Below are positions 19,523 through 30,399 of a stretch of 56,281 bases of DNA, piece by piece. The stretch is from Chthoniobacteraceae bacterium (GTDB lineage: Bacteria; Verrucomicrobiota; Verrucomicrobiia; Chthoniobacterales; Chthoniobacteraceae), in contig JBBCKI010000026.1 in NCBI GenBank assembly GCA_037190965.1, positions 1 through 56,281 of the forward strand. Direction: 5' to 3'. The position numbers and the translations under genes were made by a program. The number at the start of each line of letters is the position of its first letter. Position 1 is the first letter of the stretch. The notes beneath the pieces are model-generated. The model saw nothing but the letters and a program-made list of their open reading frames with translations. It searched no databases and was not told the DNA's origin.

Positions 19523-20380
19523 ATGGCTTCCATCCTTACTCTCGTCAATACGGGCGGACTTGATCCCGCTACGGAAAAAAAAGCGACCTCTTTTCTGCAA
19601 TCCCAAGCGACCGAGGTGTTGGAAGTCCGGCATTTTCCCAATTCCATCGATGTTACATTCTCCGGCCCCTGCGCCAATCTGGAGAAGGAAGCTGAAAAAT
19701 GGGGGGTCGACTTTGCGGTCCAACCGGCGGAATTCCGGCATAAGAAGCTCCTCGTCTCAGACATGGAGATGACGCTGGTTCGCAATGAATTTCTCGACGA
19801 CATCGCGGAACTCGCGGGCGTCGGCGAGGAAGTTCAAAAAATTACGGCCCTCGCCATGAATGGGCAGATCGATTTTGCAGGCTCTCTCCGGGCGCGCCTG
19901 GCTCTTCTCAAGCAACAGCCCGTCGCTCTGCTGGAGAAGGCGTGGGAGGGGATGGTTTTAATGCCCGGGGCCGAAACCTTGTTTGCCACCCTTCGGAACA
20001 ATGGGATTCGGACGGTCATTGTTTCCGGCGGGTTTACGTTTTTCGTTTCGCGAATCCAAAAGATCCTCGGCGCCGATGCCGCCATCGCGAATGATCTCGA
20101 TATCGAGGGCGATCGGTTGACCGGTCACCCGAAGGAGCCAATCCTGGGCAAGGAGACCAAGCAGCAGATTCTGGAGACCGAAGCTGCGGCACTCGGGATC
20201 GATCTCAGGGAAGCAATGGCGGTGGGGGACGGCGCGAACGACCTTCCCATGCTGCTACGCGCCGGATTGGGAGCCGCGTATCACGCCAAGCCCAGCGTGG
20301 CGGCTGCCGCAAAATACCGCATCAAGCATTCCGATCTTACGGCTCTTCTCTCCTTTGCAGGGATTCACTCCTGCCACTGA
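19523..20380 (+). CDS. serB: Phosphoserine phosphatase SerB (HAD family)
   Basis: [49 protein letters not shown]. Confidence 0.9.
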   Translation: MASILTLVNTGGLDPATEKKATSFLQSQATEVLEVRHFPNSIDVTFSGPCANLEKEAEKWGVDFAVQPAEFRHKKLLVSDMEMTLVRNEFLDDIAELAGVGEEVQKITALAMNGQIDFAGSLRARLALLKQQPVALLEKAWEGMVLMPGAETLFATLRNNGIRTVIVSGGFTFFVSRIQKILGADAAIANDLDIEGDRLTGHPKEPILGKETKQQILETEAAALGIDLREAMAVGDGANDLPMLLRAGLGAAYHAKPSVAAAAKYRIKHSDLTALLSFAGIHSCH

Positions 20381-22085
20381 AGTCGTTTACCCCCATGGCC
20401 GGAGGCGGCACCTGCAACACGGCCCCGTTCTCCGCGCCGCTCACCATGGCGGCATACCGGGCGAGATAGCCGGACGCGACCCGGGAAGCCGTCGGCCGCC
20501 ATGCGGCGCGGCGTCGGGCGAGGGTAATCTCATCGACCAGAAGCGTCAGTGTGCGGGCGGGGATGTCGATTTCAATCCGATCTCCCGGCTCCGCCAGCGC
20601 AATCGGCCCACCTGCGGCCGCTTCGGGCGCGATATGGCCTATCGCCCCTCCGCGCGTGGCTCCGGAGAAGCGGCCATCGGTCAGGAGCGCCACGCTTTCT
20701 CCCAGTCCGCGCCCCATGATCGCGGCTGTCGGGGCCAGCATCTCCTGCATTCCCGGCCCGCCACGCGGTCCTTCGTTGCGGATGATGACCACATCGCCCG
20801 GTTTCACTTTTCCGACCAGAATGCCCGTGCTTGCTTCCCGCTCCGATTCGAAAATGACCGCCGGGCCGGTAAAACGCATCATCGCCGGGGCCACGCCCGC
20901 CGTTTTCACCACCGCGCCATGGGGAGCGAGATTGCCGAACAGGATCGCCAGTCCGCCCTGTGGCGAGTAGGCGCGCTCCAGCGGGCGGATCACCTCCGGA
21001 TCCGCCACCGATGCAACGGCGATCTGCTCGCCCAACGTCTTTCCGCTCACCGTCGGTGTCTCGAGGTGGAGCAGCCCGGGGATTCCGGAAGCCATTTTGA
21101 GGATGGCAGGGACGCCGCCTGCACGGTCGATGTCTTCCATGTAGTGAAACCCCGAGGGGGCCACCTTGCAGAGATGCGGGGTTCGCGCCGCGATGGCATT
21201 GATCTCCCGGAGATCGAGCGGCACCCCAGCTTCTCTCGCCACGGCCAGCGTGTGCAAGATTGTGTTCGACGATCCGCCCATTGCCATGTCGAGCACCAGC
21301 GCATTTTCAAACGCCTCACGGGTGAGGAGCGCGGAGGGGCGGACGTCCTCGCGGACCAAACGCACAATCGCCTCTCCGGCGGCGGCAAAGAGGGTGTCGC
21401 GGCGCGGGTCGGTGGCGGGAATGGAGCCATTGCCCGGCAGCGCCAGCCCGAGCGCTTCGCAAAGGCAGTTCATCGAGTTGGCCGTGAACATGCCCGAGCA
21501 AGAACCGCACGTCGGGCAGGCACTGGCTTCGATCGCGTTGAGTTGCGAGTCGGAAATCGTCCCTGCCGAATGCGCTCCCACCGCTTCAAACACCGACGAC
21601 AGGCCGATTGCCGCTCCGGTGAGCGGGTTTCGGCCCGCCAGCATCGGTCCGCCCGAGACGAAGACCGCCGGAATGTTCACCCGCGCGGCCCCCATCATCA
21701 TCCCGGGGACGATCTTGTCGCAGTTCGGGATGCAGACCACGCCGTCGAAGCAGTGGGCGCGGAGCATCGTCTCCATGCTGTCGGCAATCAGTTCACGCGA
21801 CGCAAGCGAGTAGTTCATGCCGCCGTGCCCCATGGCGATTCCGTCGTCCACGCCGATGGTGTTGAACTCGAAGGGCACACCGCCTGCTGCGCGGATCGCC
21901 TCCCGCACCTTGCGGCCCACGACGTCGAGATGCGCGTGGCCGGGAATGATCTGAACGTACGAGTTGGCCACGGCGATGAACGGTTTTTCCCAGTCATCCT
22001 CCGAGCGGATTGCCCCGGTGGCCCGGAGAAGGCTTCGGTGCGGGGCTCGATGCGCGCCGCGTTTGATGGTGTCGCTGATTGCCAT
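20337..22085 (-). CDS. ilvD: Dihydroxy-acid dehydratase
   Basis: [63 protein letters not shown]; start likely ATG 22085 (ORF extends to 22109). Confidence 0.96.
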   Translation of the reverse strand: MAISDTIKRGAHRAPHRSLLRATGAIRSEDDWEKPFIAVANSYVQIIPGHAHLDVVGRKVREAIRAAGGVPFEFNTIGVDDGIAMGHGGMNYSLASRELIADSMETMLRAHCFDGVVCIPNCDKIVPGMMMGAARVNIPAVFVSGGPMLAGRNPLTGAAIGLSSVFEAVGAHSAGTISDSQLNAIEASACPTCGSCSGMFTANSMNCLCEALGLALPGNGSIPATDPRRDTLFAAAGEAIVRLVREDVRPSALLTREAFENALVLDMAMGGSSNTILHTLAVAREAGVPLDLREINAIAARTPHLCKVAPSGFHYMEDIDRAGGVPAILKMASGIPGLLHLETPTVSGKTLGEQIAVASVADPEVIRPLERAYSPQGGLAILFGNLAPHGAVVKTAGVAPAMMRFTGPAVIFESEREASTGILVGKVKPGDVVIIRNEGPRGGPGMQEMLAPTAAIMGRGLGESVALLTDGRFSGATRGGAIGHIAPEAAAGGPIALAEPGDRIEIDIPARTLTLLVDEITLARRRAAWRPTASRVASGYLARYAAMVSGAENGAVLQVPPPAMGVNDFSGRSESLQRREEP

Positions 22086-22141
22086 GCAGGAAGGGTAGCG
22101 AAACTGCATGATTCCGGAATGACTCTCTTTGTCTGCTTATG

Positions 22142-22156
22142 ATACCTTTTTGGTAT
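22142..22156. promoter_or_regulatory. LysR-type recognition site (ATAC-N7-GTAT) between divergent ilvD and lysR
   Basis: ATACCTTTTTGGTAT palindrome fits T-N11-A and overlaps the LysR start codon. Confidence 0.7.
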
Positions 22157-23030
22157 GGACTATTCTCTCAGGGAACTCGAATGCTTTATCGCGGTTGCAG
22201 AGGCGCTTTCGTTCACCCGGGCAGCCCAACGGCTTCATCTTTCGCAGCCGCCTCTCTCCCGGCATATCCGTGCACTGGAGGAGAAGATCGGCGCCCGCCT
22301 CTTTGACCGCGACCGGCGCACTGTGGCTCTTACGCCAGCCGGAGCGCTCTTTTATGAAGAAACACGCCACCTGTTGCCGCAACTGGTTCGTGCCGGAGAA
22401 AGCGCTCGGCGCGCGGTGCGGGGGGAGACCGCGCGGCTCCGGCTTGGTTTCGTCAGCGCAGTATTGAACGCGGAGCTGGTGGAGCGCTTCCGCAGCTTTC
22501 GCATGGCTCGTCCGGCCACTCAGATTATGCTTCACGACGCATCGCCCGCCGAGCAACTCGCTGCCATGGAGGGGGGCGCGCTGGATGGTGGTTTTATTGG
22601 ATTGATACCGCCTGGGCATCATCTCCGGCTCCGTTTTCTTCCGTGGCGGCACGAGCCATTGGACGCCTATCTTCCCACCGGACACCCATTGGCCTCCCGG
22701 AAGCGCCTGGACCTCGTGGAACTGCGGGAGGAACCGTTTGTCGCCGTTTCCGGAGAGTCGGCCCCGGCGTTCGCCGCCTTTGTGCGGGATGCGTGCCGTG
22801 CCGCCGGGTTCGCGCCCCGGATTTTGCTGGAGTCCCCCAGGGCGCAAGCGGTGGCGGTGATGGTGGCTGCCGGGTGCGGAGTGGCCCTGTTGCCTCGCTC
22901 TCTTTCACGCACCGTGGAGGACGCAGCGGTGGTGGTGCCGCTCCGTGACGCGCCAGTGGTGACCCATGTTTTTGCCTATCCGGTGAAGCGAAATGACACT
23001 CTTGAGACGTTTCTCAAAGTGCTCCAGTGA
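22155..23030 (+). CDS. LysR family transcriptional regulator (AlsR/BenM-like)
   Basis: [35 protein letters not shown]; LysR substrate-binding domain. Confidence 0.95.
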   Translation: MDYSLRELECFIAVAEALSFTRAAQRLHLSQPPLSRHIRALEEKIGARLFDRDRRTVALTPAGALFYEETRHLLPQLVRAGESARRAVRGETARLRLGFVSAVLNAELVERFRSFRMARPATQIMLHDASPAEQLAAMEGGALDGGFIGLIPPGHHLRLRFLPWRHEPLDAYLPTGHPLASRKRLDLVELREEPFVAVSGESAPAFAAFVRDACRAAGFAPRILLESPRAQAVAVMVAAGCGVALLPRSLSRTVEDAAVVVPLRDAPVVTHVFAYPVKRNDTLETFLKVLQ

Positions 23031-23152
23031 CGGACAGCGAGCGCCACCGAGTAAATTCTGGCGATCCGTACCTCCACGGAAGCACTTGCGGCGATGTCAT
23101 TTTGCCAGAGATTACTTCGGTAGAGGGGCTTTCGACGAATCGGAAATATTTT

Positions 23153-26100
23153 ATGAGGACGAAATCGGCATCGGGAACCGGAACGGTCAGAAGAGACGAC
23201 AATGAGTTCAGGCAGCTTCTTTCAGCGCTCTCGGCTTGGAGACGGGGCGAGTTCGAGGTGCGGCTTCCGGACGACTGGCTCGGGCTTCCCGGAAAGGTGG
23301 CGGATACGTTCAATGAAGTCATCGACATCAATCGGCGGTTGGTGGGGGAACTGAGCCGGATCAAACGGACCGTTGGCAAGGAAGGGCGCATCACGCAGCG
23401 CGCGGCGCTGGGAGACGTCACGGGGGCATGGGCCGACGCCATCGGTTCGGTGAACAGCCTGATCGGTGATCTCGTCCACCCCACGAGCGAAATGGCACGG
23501 GTTATCGGGGCGGTGGCAAACGGCGATTTGTCGCAGACCCTGGCGACCGATATCGACGGCAGGCCGCTGGAAGGAGAGTTCCTTCGCACCGTCACCACCG
23601 TCAATACCATGGTGGATCAGCTTCGCTCTTTTGCTTCGGAAGTAACCCGGGTCGCTCGCGAGGTGGGGACGGAGGGGGTTCTTGGTGGACAGGCGAGAGT
23701 GGAAGGGGTTTCGGGAACGTGGAAGGATTTGACCGATTCGGTCAATTCAATGGCGGGTAACCTGACCGCACAGGTGCGGAATATCGCCGAAGTGACAACG
23801 GCAGTCGCGAACGGCGATCTTTCCAAGAAGATCACCGTCGATGTCAAAGGCGAGATTCTGGAACTGAAGAACACCATCAATACGATGGTGGACCAGCTCG
23901 GTTCGTTTGCGGACGAAGTCACCCGCGTTGCGCGCGAGGTGGGCACCGAGGGGAAACTGGGCGGCCAGGCGGAGGTACGCGGTGTCGCGGGCACGTGGAA
24001 AGATCTGACGGATTCGGTGAACTCGATGGCCGGGAATTTGACCGGCCAGGTGCGAAATATCGCCGACGTCACGACGGCGGTCGCCAATGGCGATCTTTCC
24101 AGGAAGATCACCGTCGATGTCAAAGGGGAGATTCTGCAGCTCAAGGACACGATCAATACGATGGTCGATCAACTCCGCTCCTTCGCTTCGGAGGTGACCC
24201 GAGTGGCGCGCGAGGTCGGTTCCGAAGGGAAGCTTGGCGGACAGGCTGAGGTCCAAGGAGTGGCGGGCACGTGGAAGGACCTGACGGATTCGGTGAACTC
24301 GATGGCGGGAAATCTGACCAGCCAGATGAGGAATATCGCCGCGGTGACGACGGCAGTCGCAAAGGGCGACCTGACAAAGAAGATAACCGTCGACGTGAAA
24401 GGCGAGATTCTGGCATTGAAAGACACGATCAATACGATGGTCGACCAGCTCCGTTCTTTCGCTTCGGAGGTGACCCGAGTGGCGCGCGAGGTCGGTTCCG
24501 AAGGGGAACTGGGCGGGCAGGCGCGAGTCCAGGGTGTCTCCGGGACGTGGAAGGATTTGACGGACTCGGTCAACTTCATGGCGAGCAACCTGACGACGCA
24601 GGTGCGAAACATCGCCGCGGTGACGACTGCGGTGGCCAACGGCGACCTTTCGAAAAAGATCACCGTCGATGTGAAGGGAGAGGTGCTGGAGTTGAAAAAT
24701 ACCGTCAACACGATGGTCGATCAGCTCAACTCATTCGCCTCGGAAGTGACCCGTATGGCCCGTGAGGTGGGCAGTGAAGGACGGCTGGGCGGACAGGCGG
24801 AGGTCAAAGGAGTCGCGGGCACGTGGAAAGACCTGACGGATTCGGTGAACTCCATGGCGGGAAACCTGACCAACCAGGTGCGAGGCATCGCCAAAGTGGT
24901 GACCGCGGTAGCCAATGGCGATCTCAAACAGAAGCTGCTGGTCGAGGCAAAAGGAGAAATCGCGGCGCTCGCCGATACGATCAATAGCATGACCGACACC
25001 CTGGCGACGTTTGCCGACCAGGTGACGACCGTGGCGCGTGAAGTCGGCGTGGAAGGCAAACTCGGCAGCCAGGCAAACGTGCCGGGCGCGGCTGGCACCT
25101 GGCGCGACCTCACTGACAACGTCAATCAGCTTGCGGCAAATCTTACGACGCAGCTCCGGGCGATCGCCGATGTGGCCACCGCCGTGACCAAGGGCGACCT
25201 GAGTCGTTCCATTCAGGTGGCGGCTCAAGGCGAGGTGGCGTTTGTGAAGGACAACATCAACGAGATGATCCGCAACCTGCGCGACACGACGCACCGCAAC
25301 ATGGAGGAAGACTGGCTCAAAACCAATCTTGCGAAGTTCACGCGGATGCTTCAGGGGCAAAAGAACCTGTTGACCGTCGGCCGGATGATTCTTTCCGAAC
25401 TGGCTCCGGTGGTTGCGGCACAGCAGGGCGTTTTCTATATCATGAACCCCGCCAAGGACGGGCCGGAGTTGCAACTACTCGCCAGCTATGCTTATCGCGA
25501 GCGGAAGAACGTCAGCAACCGGTTTAAGCTCGGGGAAGGGCTTGTCGGCCAGGCCGCCCTGGAAAAGGAGAGGATTCTGCTTACCGAAGTGCCCGATGAC
25601 TATATTCGGATTTCATCGGGGCTCGGCGCCGCCGCCCCGAAGAACATTGTCGTTCTGCCGATCGTCTTCGAGGGGCAGGTGAAGGGGGTCATGGAGCTTT
25701 CTTCATTCGAAAGGTTCAGCCCGATCCATCAGACGTTTCTCGACCAGTTGACGGAAAGTATCGGAATCGTATTCAATACCATCGAGGCGAATATGCGGAC
25801 GGAGGATCTGCTCAAGCAATCCCAATCCCTTGCGTCCGAACTCCAGAACCGCCAGCAGGAGCTTCAGCAGACCAACCAGGAACTGGAAGAAAAAGCGCGG
25901 CAACTCGCGGTCCAGAACGCGGAAGTGGAACGCAAGAACAGCGAGGTGGAGCAGGCGAGACTGGCTCTGGAAGGGAAGGCGCAGCAGCTTACGCGGACTT
26001 CGAAGTACAAATCCGAGTTCCTCGCGAATATGTCGCACGAACTCCGTACGCCGCTCAATAGTCTCCTTATTCTTGCCGACCAGCTTGCGTCGAACCCGGA

Positions 26101-27217
26101 AGGAAATCTGATGGCGAAACAGATCAAGTTTGCGAAAACGATTCACGAATCCGGACACGATCTGTTGAAGCTGATCAATGATATTCTCGATCTATCCAAG
26201 ATCGAATCGGGGACGGCGCAGATTGAGGTCAGCGATACCAGTCTGAACGAGTTTCGGGAGAGCGTGGAGCGGACGTTCCGTCATGTTGCGGAGAAACAGG
26301 GGCTGGACTTCAGCATTGTGATCGACCCGGCGCTCCCTCCGATAATCCGCACCGATTCGCAACGGATGAAGCAAATTCTCAAGAATTTGCTCTCCAATGC
26401 ATTCAAGTTTACCGAGCGCGGCCATGTGACGCTTCGGATTTATCGCGCGGACGGGGGCTGGAATCGGGAAAATGCCTCGCTCAACCGGGCGGGAATGGTG
26501 GTCGCGTTCAGTGTCAGCGACACCGGCATTGGCATTCCCGCCGCGAATCAGCCCTCTGTTTTCGATGCCTTCCAGCAGGTCGATGGCAGCACCAGCCGCA
26601 GGTATGGCGGCACGGGGCTCGGGCTGGCGATCAGCCGGGATCTGGCGGAGTTACTTGGAGGCGAGATCCGGCTGGAAAGCGAAGAAGGGAAGGGGAGCAC
26701 CTTTACGCTCTATCTGCCGCAGGATCACTTCGGCCATTCTTTACCCTCTCCACAGAGCGTCACCCTGGAACCCGCGGAAGACAAAAAGCCGGCCTTGTTG
26801 CCGGAAGAGCAGATTCCGGTGCTCGCCGAAGGAGATCGGTCCTTTGAGGGGAAGAAGGTGTTGATCGTTGATGACGATATCCGAAATCTCTTTGCCATGA
26901 CCAGTCTTCTGGAGCGCTACGGGATGACGGTCGTTACGGCGGAAACCGGCAAGGCGGCAATCGAGATTCTACACCAAACGCCCGATATTTGTGCCGTCTT
27001 GATGGATATTATGCTGCCGGAGATGGACGGCTATGAAACCATGCGGGCCGTGCGCGCGATTCCGGCTTTCGAGAAGCTGCCGATGATTGCGCTGACAGCC
27101 AAGGCGATGAAGGGCGACCGTGAGAAATGCATCGAAGCGGGCGCATCCGACTATCTGGCAAAACCGGTGGAGGCAGCGCAGTTGCTTGCCGCTCTTCGTA
27201 CCTGCCTCGGGCGTTGA
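23153..27217 (+). CDS. Cytoplasmic poly-HAMP hybrid histidine kinase (HAMP repeats-GAF-HisKA-HATPase-REC; OsaA/Nik1-like)
   Basis: 92-aa repeats with [45 protein letters not shown]-terminal REC (VDDD, MDIMLP, KP). ORF open from 23027; ATG 23153 preferred. Confidence 0.93.
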   Translation: MRTKSASGTGTVRRDDNEFRQLLSALSAWRRGEFEVRLPDDWLGLPGKVADTFNEVIDINRRLVGELSRIKRTVGKEGRITQRAALGDVTGAWADAIGSVNSLIGDLVHPTSEMARVIGAVANGDLSQTLATDIDGRPLEGEFLRTVTTVNTMVDQLRSFASEVTRVAREVGTEGVLGGQARVEGVSGTWKDLTDSVNSMAGNLTAQVRNIAEVTTAVANGDLSKKITVDVKGEILELKNTINTMVDQLGSFADEVTRVAREVGTEGKLGGQAEVRGVAGTWKDLTDSVNSMAGNLTGQVRNIADVTTAVANGDLSRKITVDVKGEILQLKDTINTMVDQLRSFASEVTRVAREVGSEGKLGGQAEVQGVAGTWKDLTDSVNSMAGNLTSQMRNIAAVTTAVAKGDLTKKITVDVKGEILALKDTINTMVDQLRSFASEVTRVAREVGSEGELGGQARVQGVSGTWKDLTDSVNFMASNLTTQVRNIAAVTTAVANGDLSKKITVDVKGEVLELKNTVNTMVDQLNSFASEVTRMAREVGSEGRLGGQAEVKGVAGTWKDLTDSVNSMAGNLTNQVRGIAKVVTAVANGDLKQKLLVEAKGEIAALADTINSMTDTLATFADQVTTVAREVGVEGKLGSQANVPGAAGTWRDLTDNVNQLAANLTTQLRAIADVATAVTKGDLSRSIQVAAQGEVAFVKDNINEMIRNLRDTTHRNMEEDWLKTNLAKFTRMLQGQKNLLTVGRMILSELAPVVAAQQGVFYIMNPAKDGPELQLLASYAYRERKNVSNRFKLGEGLVGQAALEKERILLTEVPDDYIRISSGLGAAAPKNIVVLPIVFEGQVKGVMELSSFERFSPIHQTFLDQLTESIGIVFNTIEANMRTEDLLKQSQSLASELQNRQQELQQTNQELEEKARQLAVQNAEVERKNSEVEQARLALEGKAQQLTRTSKYKSEFLANMSHELRTPLNSLLILADQLASNPEGNLMAKQIKFAKTIHESGHDLLKLINDILDLSKIESGTAQIEVSDTSLNEFRESVERTFRHVAEKQGLDFSIVIDPALPPIIRTDSQRMKQILKNLLSNAFKFTERGHVTLRIYRADGGWNRENASLNRAGMVVAFSVSDTGIGIPAANQPSVFDAFQQVDGSTSRRYGGTGLGLAISRDLAELLGGEIRLESEEGKGSTFTLYLPQDHFGHSLPSPQSVTLEPAEDKKPALLPEEQIPVLAEGDRSFEGKKVLIVDDDIRNLFAMTSLLERYGMTVVTAETGKAAIEILHQTPDICAVLMDIMLPEMDGYETMRAVRAIPAFEKLPMIALTAKAMKGDREKCIEAGASDYLAKPVEAAQLLAALRTCLGR

Positions 27218-28839
27218 TGTTTATGGCAGACGACCTATCGAACCTCGTCGAGGAATCTCCTTCTTCGGAAAAGATTAACATCCTCATCGTGGATGATCGG
27301 CCCGAAAAGCGGCTTGCTTTGGAAACGGTCCTTTCAAGCCTGAACCAGAATGTCGTCACGGCCGGTTCGGGAAGGGAAGCACTTAGGCACTTGCTGCGGG
27401 AGGATTTCGCGGTCATCCTCCTCGACGTCAACATGCCCGGCATGGATGGGTTTGAAACCGCGGCAATGATCCGTCGGCGGCCCCGTTCCGAAGCAACGCC
27501 GATCATCTTTATCAGCGCCATCAATGATACGGAGACGCATGTCTCGCGCGGCTATTCGCTAGGCGGGGTCGATTATATCCTTACCCCGATCATCCCGGAA
27601 ATTTTGCGGGCAAAGGTCGCGGTCTTTGTCGAGTTGTTCAAAAAATCCGAACAAATTAAACGTCAGGCGGAACAATCCGCCGAAATTATTCGCGCTCAGG
27701 CGGCTCGCGAAGCAGCCGAGCGGGCGAATTCCGCCAAAGATCGCTTCCTGGCAATGCTCTCCCATGAACTCCGCACGCCGCTTACGCCTGTTCTCGCGAC
27801 GGTGCTTTCGCTCGCCGATGAACCGCTTTCGGCGGAGGTGCGTGATTCCCTGGAAATGATTCGCCGCAATGTCGAGCTCGAGGCCCGGCTGATCGATGAC
27901 CTTCTCGACCTCACACGGATTTCGAACGCGAAATTGCCGGTCACCCTCGATGTGGTGAATGCTCATGAGCTCCTCGGCAATGTCATCGAAATCTGTCGCG
28001 GCGATATCGAAAGCAAAAAGCTCCGTCTCAAGACCGATCTCTCGGCGACACGCGTTTATCTGTTCGCGGATCCGGCCCGCTTCCAGCAGATCTTCTGGAA
28101 CCTCCTCAAAAACGCGGTGAAATTCACGCCGGAGGGAGGAAGTATTACCATACGAACCTATGATGCGGCTGATCACATCCGGATCGAGATTGCCGATACC
28201 GGGATGGGAATGCCGGCAAGTCTGGTGCCAAAGATTTTTGAACCATTCGAGCAGGGAGAAGAGATGCACCGGGGCGGTCTGGGCCTTGGCCTGTCGATCG
28301 CCAGGGCGCTGACTGAACTGCAAAAAGGAAGTATCACGGCCGAAAGCGAAGGGCCGGGCAGGGGATCTAAATTTACACTGTCATTCGCGACGACTTCGAC
28401 GCCGCCTGCCGAACGCGCGCCTGTAACGGCGCTCCCCACGGTTACGCCTTCCGGTGCGGAACGAGCCTCCCCACGCATTCTTCTTGTCGAAGATCACGAG
28501 GACACCAATCGTTCTCTCACGCGGCTGCTGGAGAGGCGGGGGTATCCGGTGCGATCGGCGATTTCGGTCCAAACGGCTCTGGAATGGGTGAAAAAGGAAT
28601 CATTCGATGTGCTGATTTGTGACATGGGACTTCCGGATGGAACAGGTCTCGACGTCATTCAAAAAGGATTTCGAAAAACCGTTTTTGGAATCGCGCTGAG
28701 CGGTTATGGCATGGAAGCCGACGTCACCAGGAGCATCGACGCGGGATATCGATATCACCTGGTCAAACCGGTGGATCTCAACAAACTTGACGAAATTATC
28801 CAGCGTGGCGTGATCGCTCGCAGTGTGACGAAAGAGTGA
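27217..28839 (+). CDS. Hybrid sensor kinase/response regulator (REC-HisKA-HATPase-REC)
   Basis: OsaB-like REC (ILIVDDRPE, LLDVNMPGMDGFETA), [19 protein letters not shown] (VEDH, CDMGLPDG, KPV); ATG overlaps the upstream TGA. Confidence 0.92.
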   Translation: MFMADDLSNLVEESPSSEKINILIVDDRPEKRLALETVLSSLNQNVVTAGSGREALRHLLREDFAVILLDVNMPGMDGFETAAMIRRRPRSEATPIIFISAINDTETHVSRGYSLGGVDYILTPIIPEILRAKVAVFVELFKKSEQIKRQAEQSAEIIRAQAAREAAERANSAKDRFLAMLSHELRTPLTPVLATVLSLADEPLSAEVRDSLEMIRRNVELEARLIDDLLDLTRISNAKLPVTLDVVNAHELLGNVIEICRGDIESKKLRLKTDLSATRVYLFADPARFQQIFWNLLKNAVKFTPEGGSITIRTYDAADHIRIEIADTGMGMPASLVPKIFEPFEQGEEMHRGGLGLGLSIARALTELQKGSITAESEGPGRGSKFTLSFATTSTPPAERAPVTALPTVTPSGAERASPRILLVEDHEDTNRSLTRLLERRGYPVRSAISVQTALEWVKKESFDVLICDMGLPDGTGLDVIQKGFRKTVFGIALSGYGMEADVTRSIDAGYRYHLVKPVDLNKLDEIIQRGVIARSVTKE

Positions 28840-28864
28840 TCTCGAGGACCGCCAAAAGCCAGGC

Positions 28865-29024
28865 GGTGCGGAAGCAACGGTAGCCCGCTAGGCCGTCGAG
28901 CGCGGGTATCGGCTCTCGTGCCTTCATGAAGGCTGCATCCCAATACTATCAGTCTGTCCTGCGAGGATGGGCGCCAAACACGACTCTTCGTCGATCCCGC
29001 GCTCGATGGCGCGAGCGGGCTACC
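28865..29024 (+). repeat. REPIN-like element, family B, copy 3
   Basis: ggtagcccgctaggccgtcgagcgcggg ... cccgcgctcgatggcgcgagcgggctacc; internal spacer similar to 1392-1536. Confidence 0.8.
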
Positions 29025-29908
29025 TTCAGGCAAACGTCCTACGTGGAAAAAGGAGATAGCTTGCTCGGCAGCAAGCTCAATTTCGACGGTGGCATCCTGC
29101 GCGCCACAGGAAATCAAACGAATTTTCTCCGAACTTCGGCGCGGGCGATGTGCTCATTCATAATGAGGGAGCCTTCATCGATACCGGCAGCTATAATGTA
29201 TCCATCTCCACCGCTCTTCAAAACGCCAGTGGCAAAACCGGCGGCCTGATAAAACAGGGCACAGGCAGGCTCACGCTCACCGGCACCAGCAGCTATACGG
29301 GCATCACCACGGTTGAACAAGGTTCGCTTTGGGTCAGCGGGAGGCTTGTGAGCGGGGTGAAGATCAAGTCGGGAGCAACCTTGGGGGGCACCGGCACGGT
29401 CGGTGCGGTCGTCATCGAAAGAGGTAGCATCATTGCCCCGGGCAACAGCCCCGGCACGCTCCACACCGGCAGTCAGATCTGGAACGGGGGAGGCATCTAC
29501 TTGTGGGAAATCAACGCCATTACCGGTAAGGCGGGCACCAATTGGGACCTGCTCGATGTAAACGGAACGCTCACCCTCAACTCCACAGCTCAGGATCGCT
29601 TCACGATTACCATCATCGGGAATCTCGTCGGTCTCAACGTCGCACAGAGCTATGAATGGACCATTTTGACGGCAAGCGGCGGCTTTGACGGAATCTTTGA
29701 TCCTGACAAAATCGCGTTTGACCTGACTCGCTTCACCGGGATTCCCGAGGGGATGGAGTTCAGGGCTCAATTCCAGGACAATGCCCTGTTTGTAAAACTC
29801 TTCGCCATCCCGGAGCCGAGCGCCGTGTTTCTGTCGCTCACCATGCTGGGAGTTGCGCTTTTATGCCTGCGGGGAAGGGGCAATCCTGCATGCCATCGGC
29901 GGCTATAA
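29025..29908 (+). pseudogene. 5'-truncated, frameshifted PEP-CTERM protein with autotransporter-associated beta-strand repeat
   Basis: GGLIKQGTGRLTLTGTSSYTGITTVEQGSL repeat, IAPGNSPGTL, IPEPS-TM. Upstream passenger-like YVEKG...LNFDGGILRATGNQTNFL is in another frame (shift near 29130); no signal peptide or start after the REPIN. Confidence 0.8.
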
Positions 29909-30399
29909 TCAGACAGGGGCCGGGACCCCATGAGCGCCCGGGGCATTTCTCCTTCGTTCCATGGAGAATCGAGCAGGACTGTCTGCCGGATACTTCGGCA
30001 GTCCAGCATTCGTTGTCGTGAAATTGCAAGGCGTTCAGGTCAGCTTCTCATCCGGCGGGGAATGGTATTTTATAGTGTGGGAGCCGCCGTCTTCGCTTTG
30101 TAGTTTATTTCCGTGTAGTTTCCGATCCGGCGACGCCCCGGCAGGCGGGGAAGGTGAAGCCACTCCGAAGCCATCGCTTTCACCAGTGGCCTCGGATTCG
30201 GACGAGCTGTCAACGCTGGTGACTTGGCCAACCGTTCCGTGAGTTCGATCGGGCATGCTCGACGATCCGCCCCCTGTTCTGAGCCAAGCTGTAAAACGGC
30301 GAGAGAAGTTGGGAGTTTACCCTGCATGCAATAATAACATTTAATGGCATTAAAAATGCTAATCAGGTGTTAAAATCTTTCCCCCCAGAAAAACCAGCT

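Noticed and set aside
20355..22142. 595-aa plus-strand ORF
   Set aside because: Antisense shadow of ilvD in GC-rich DNA; Arg/Gly/His-rich with no recognisable motif.
23500..25300. Regularly spaced DNA repeats resembling an array
   Set aside because: 276-bp in-frame coding repeats of HAMP domains, not CRISPR; no cas genes or unique spacers.
29909..30366. Short overlapping ORFs between the PEP-CTERM remnant and the CheA-like gene
   Set aside because: No recognisable motifs or convincing start signals in any frame; may be decayed sequence.
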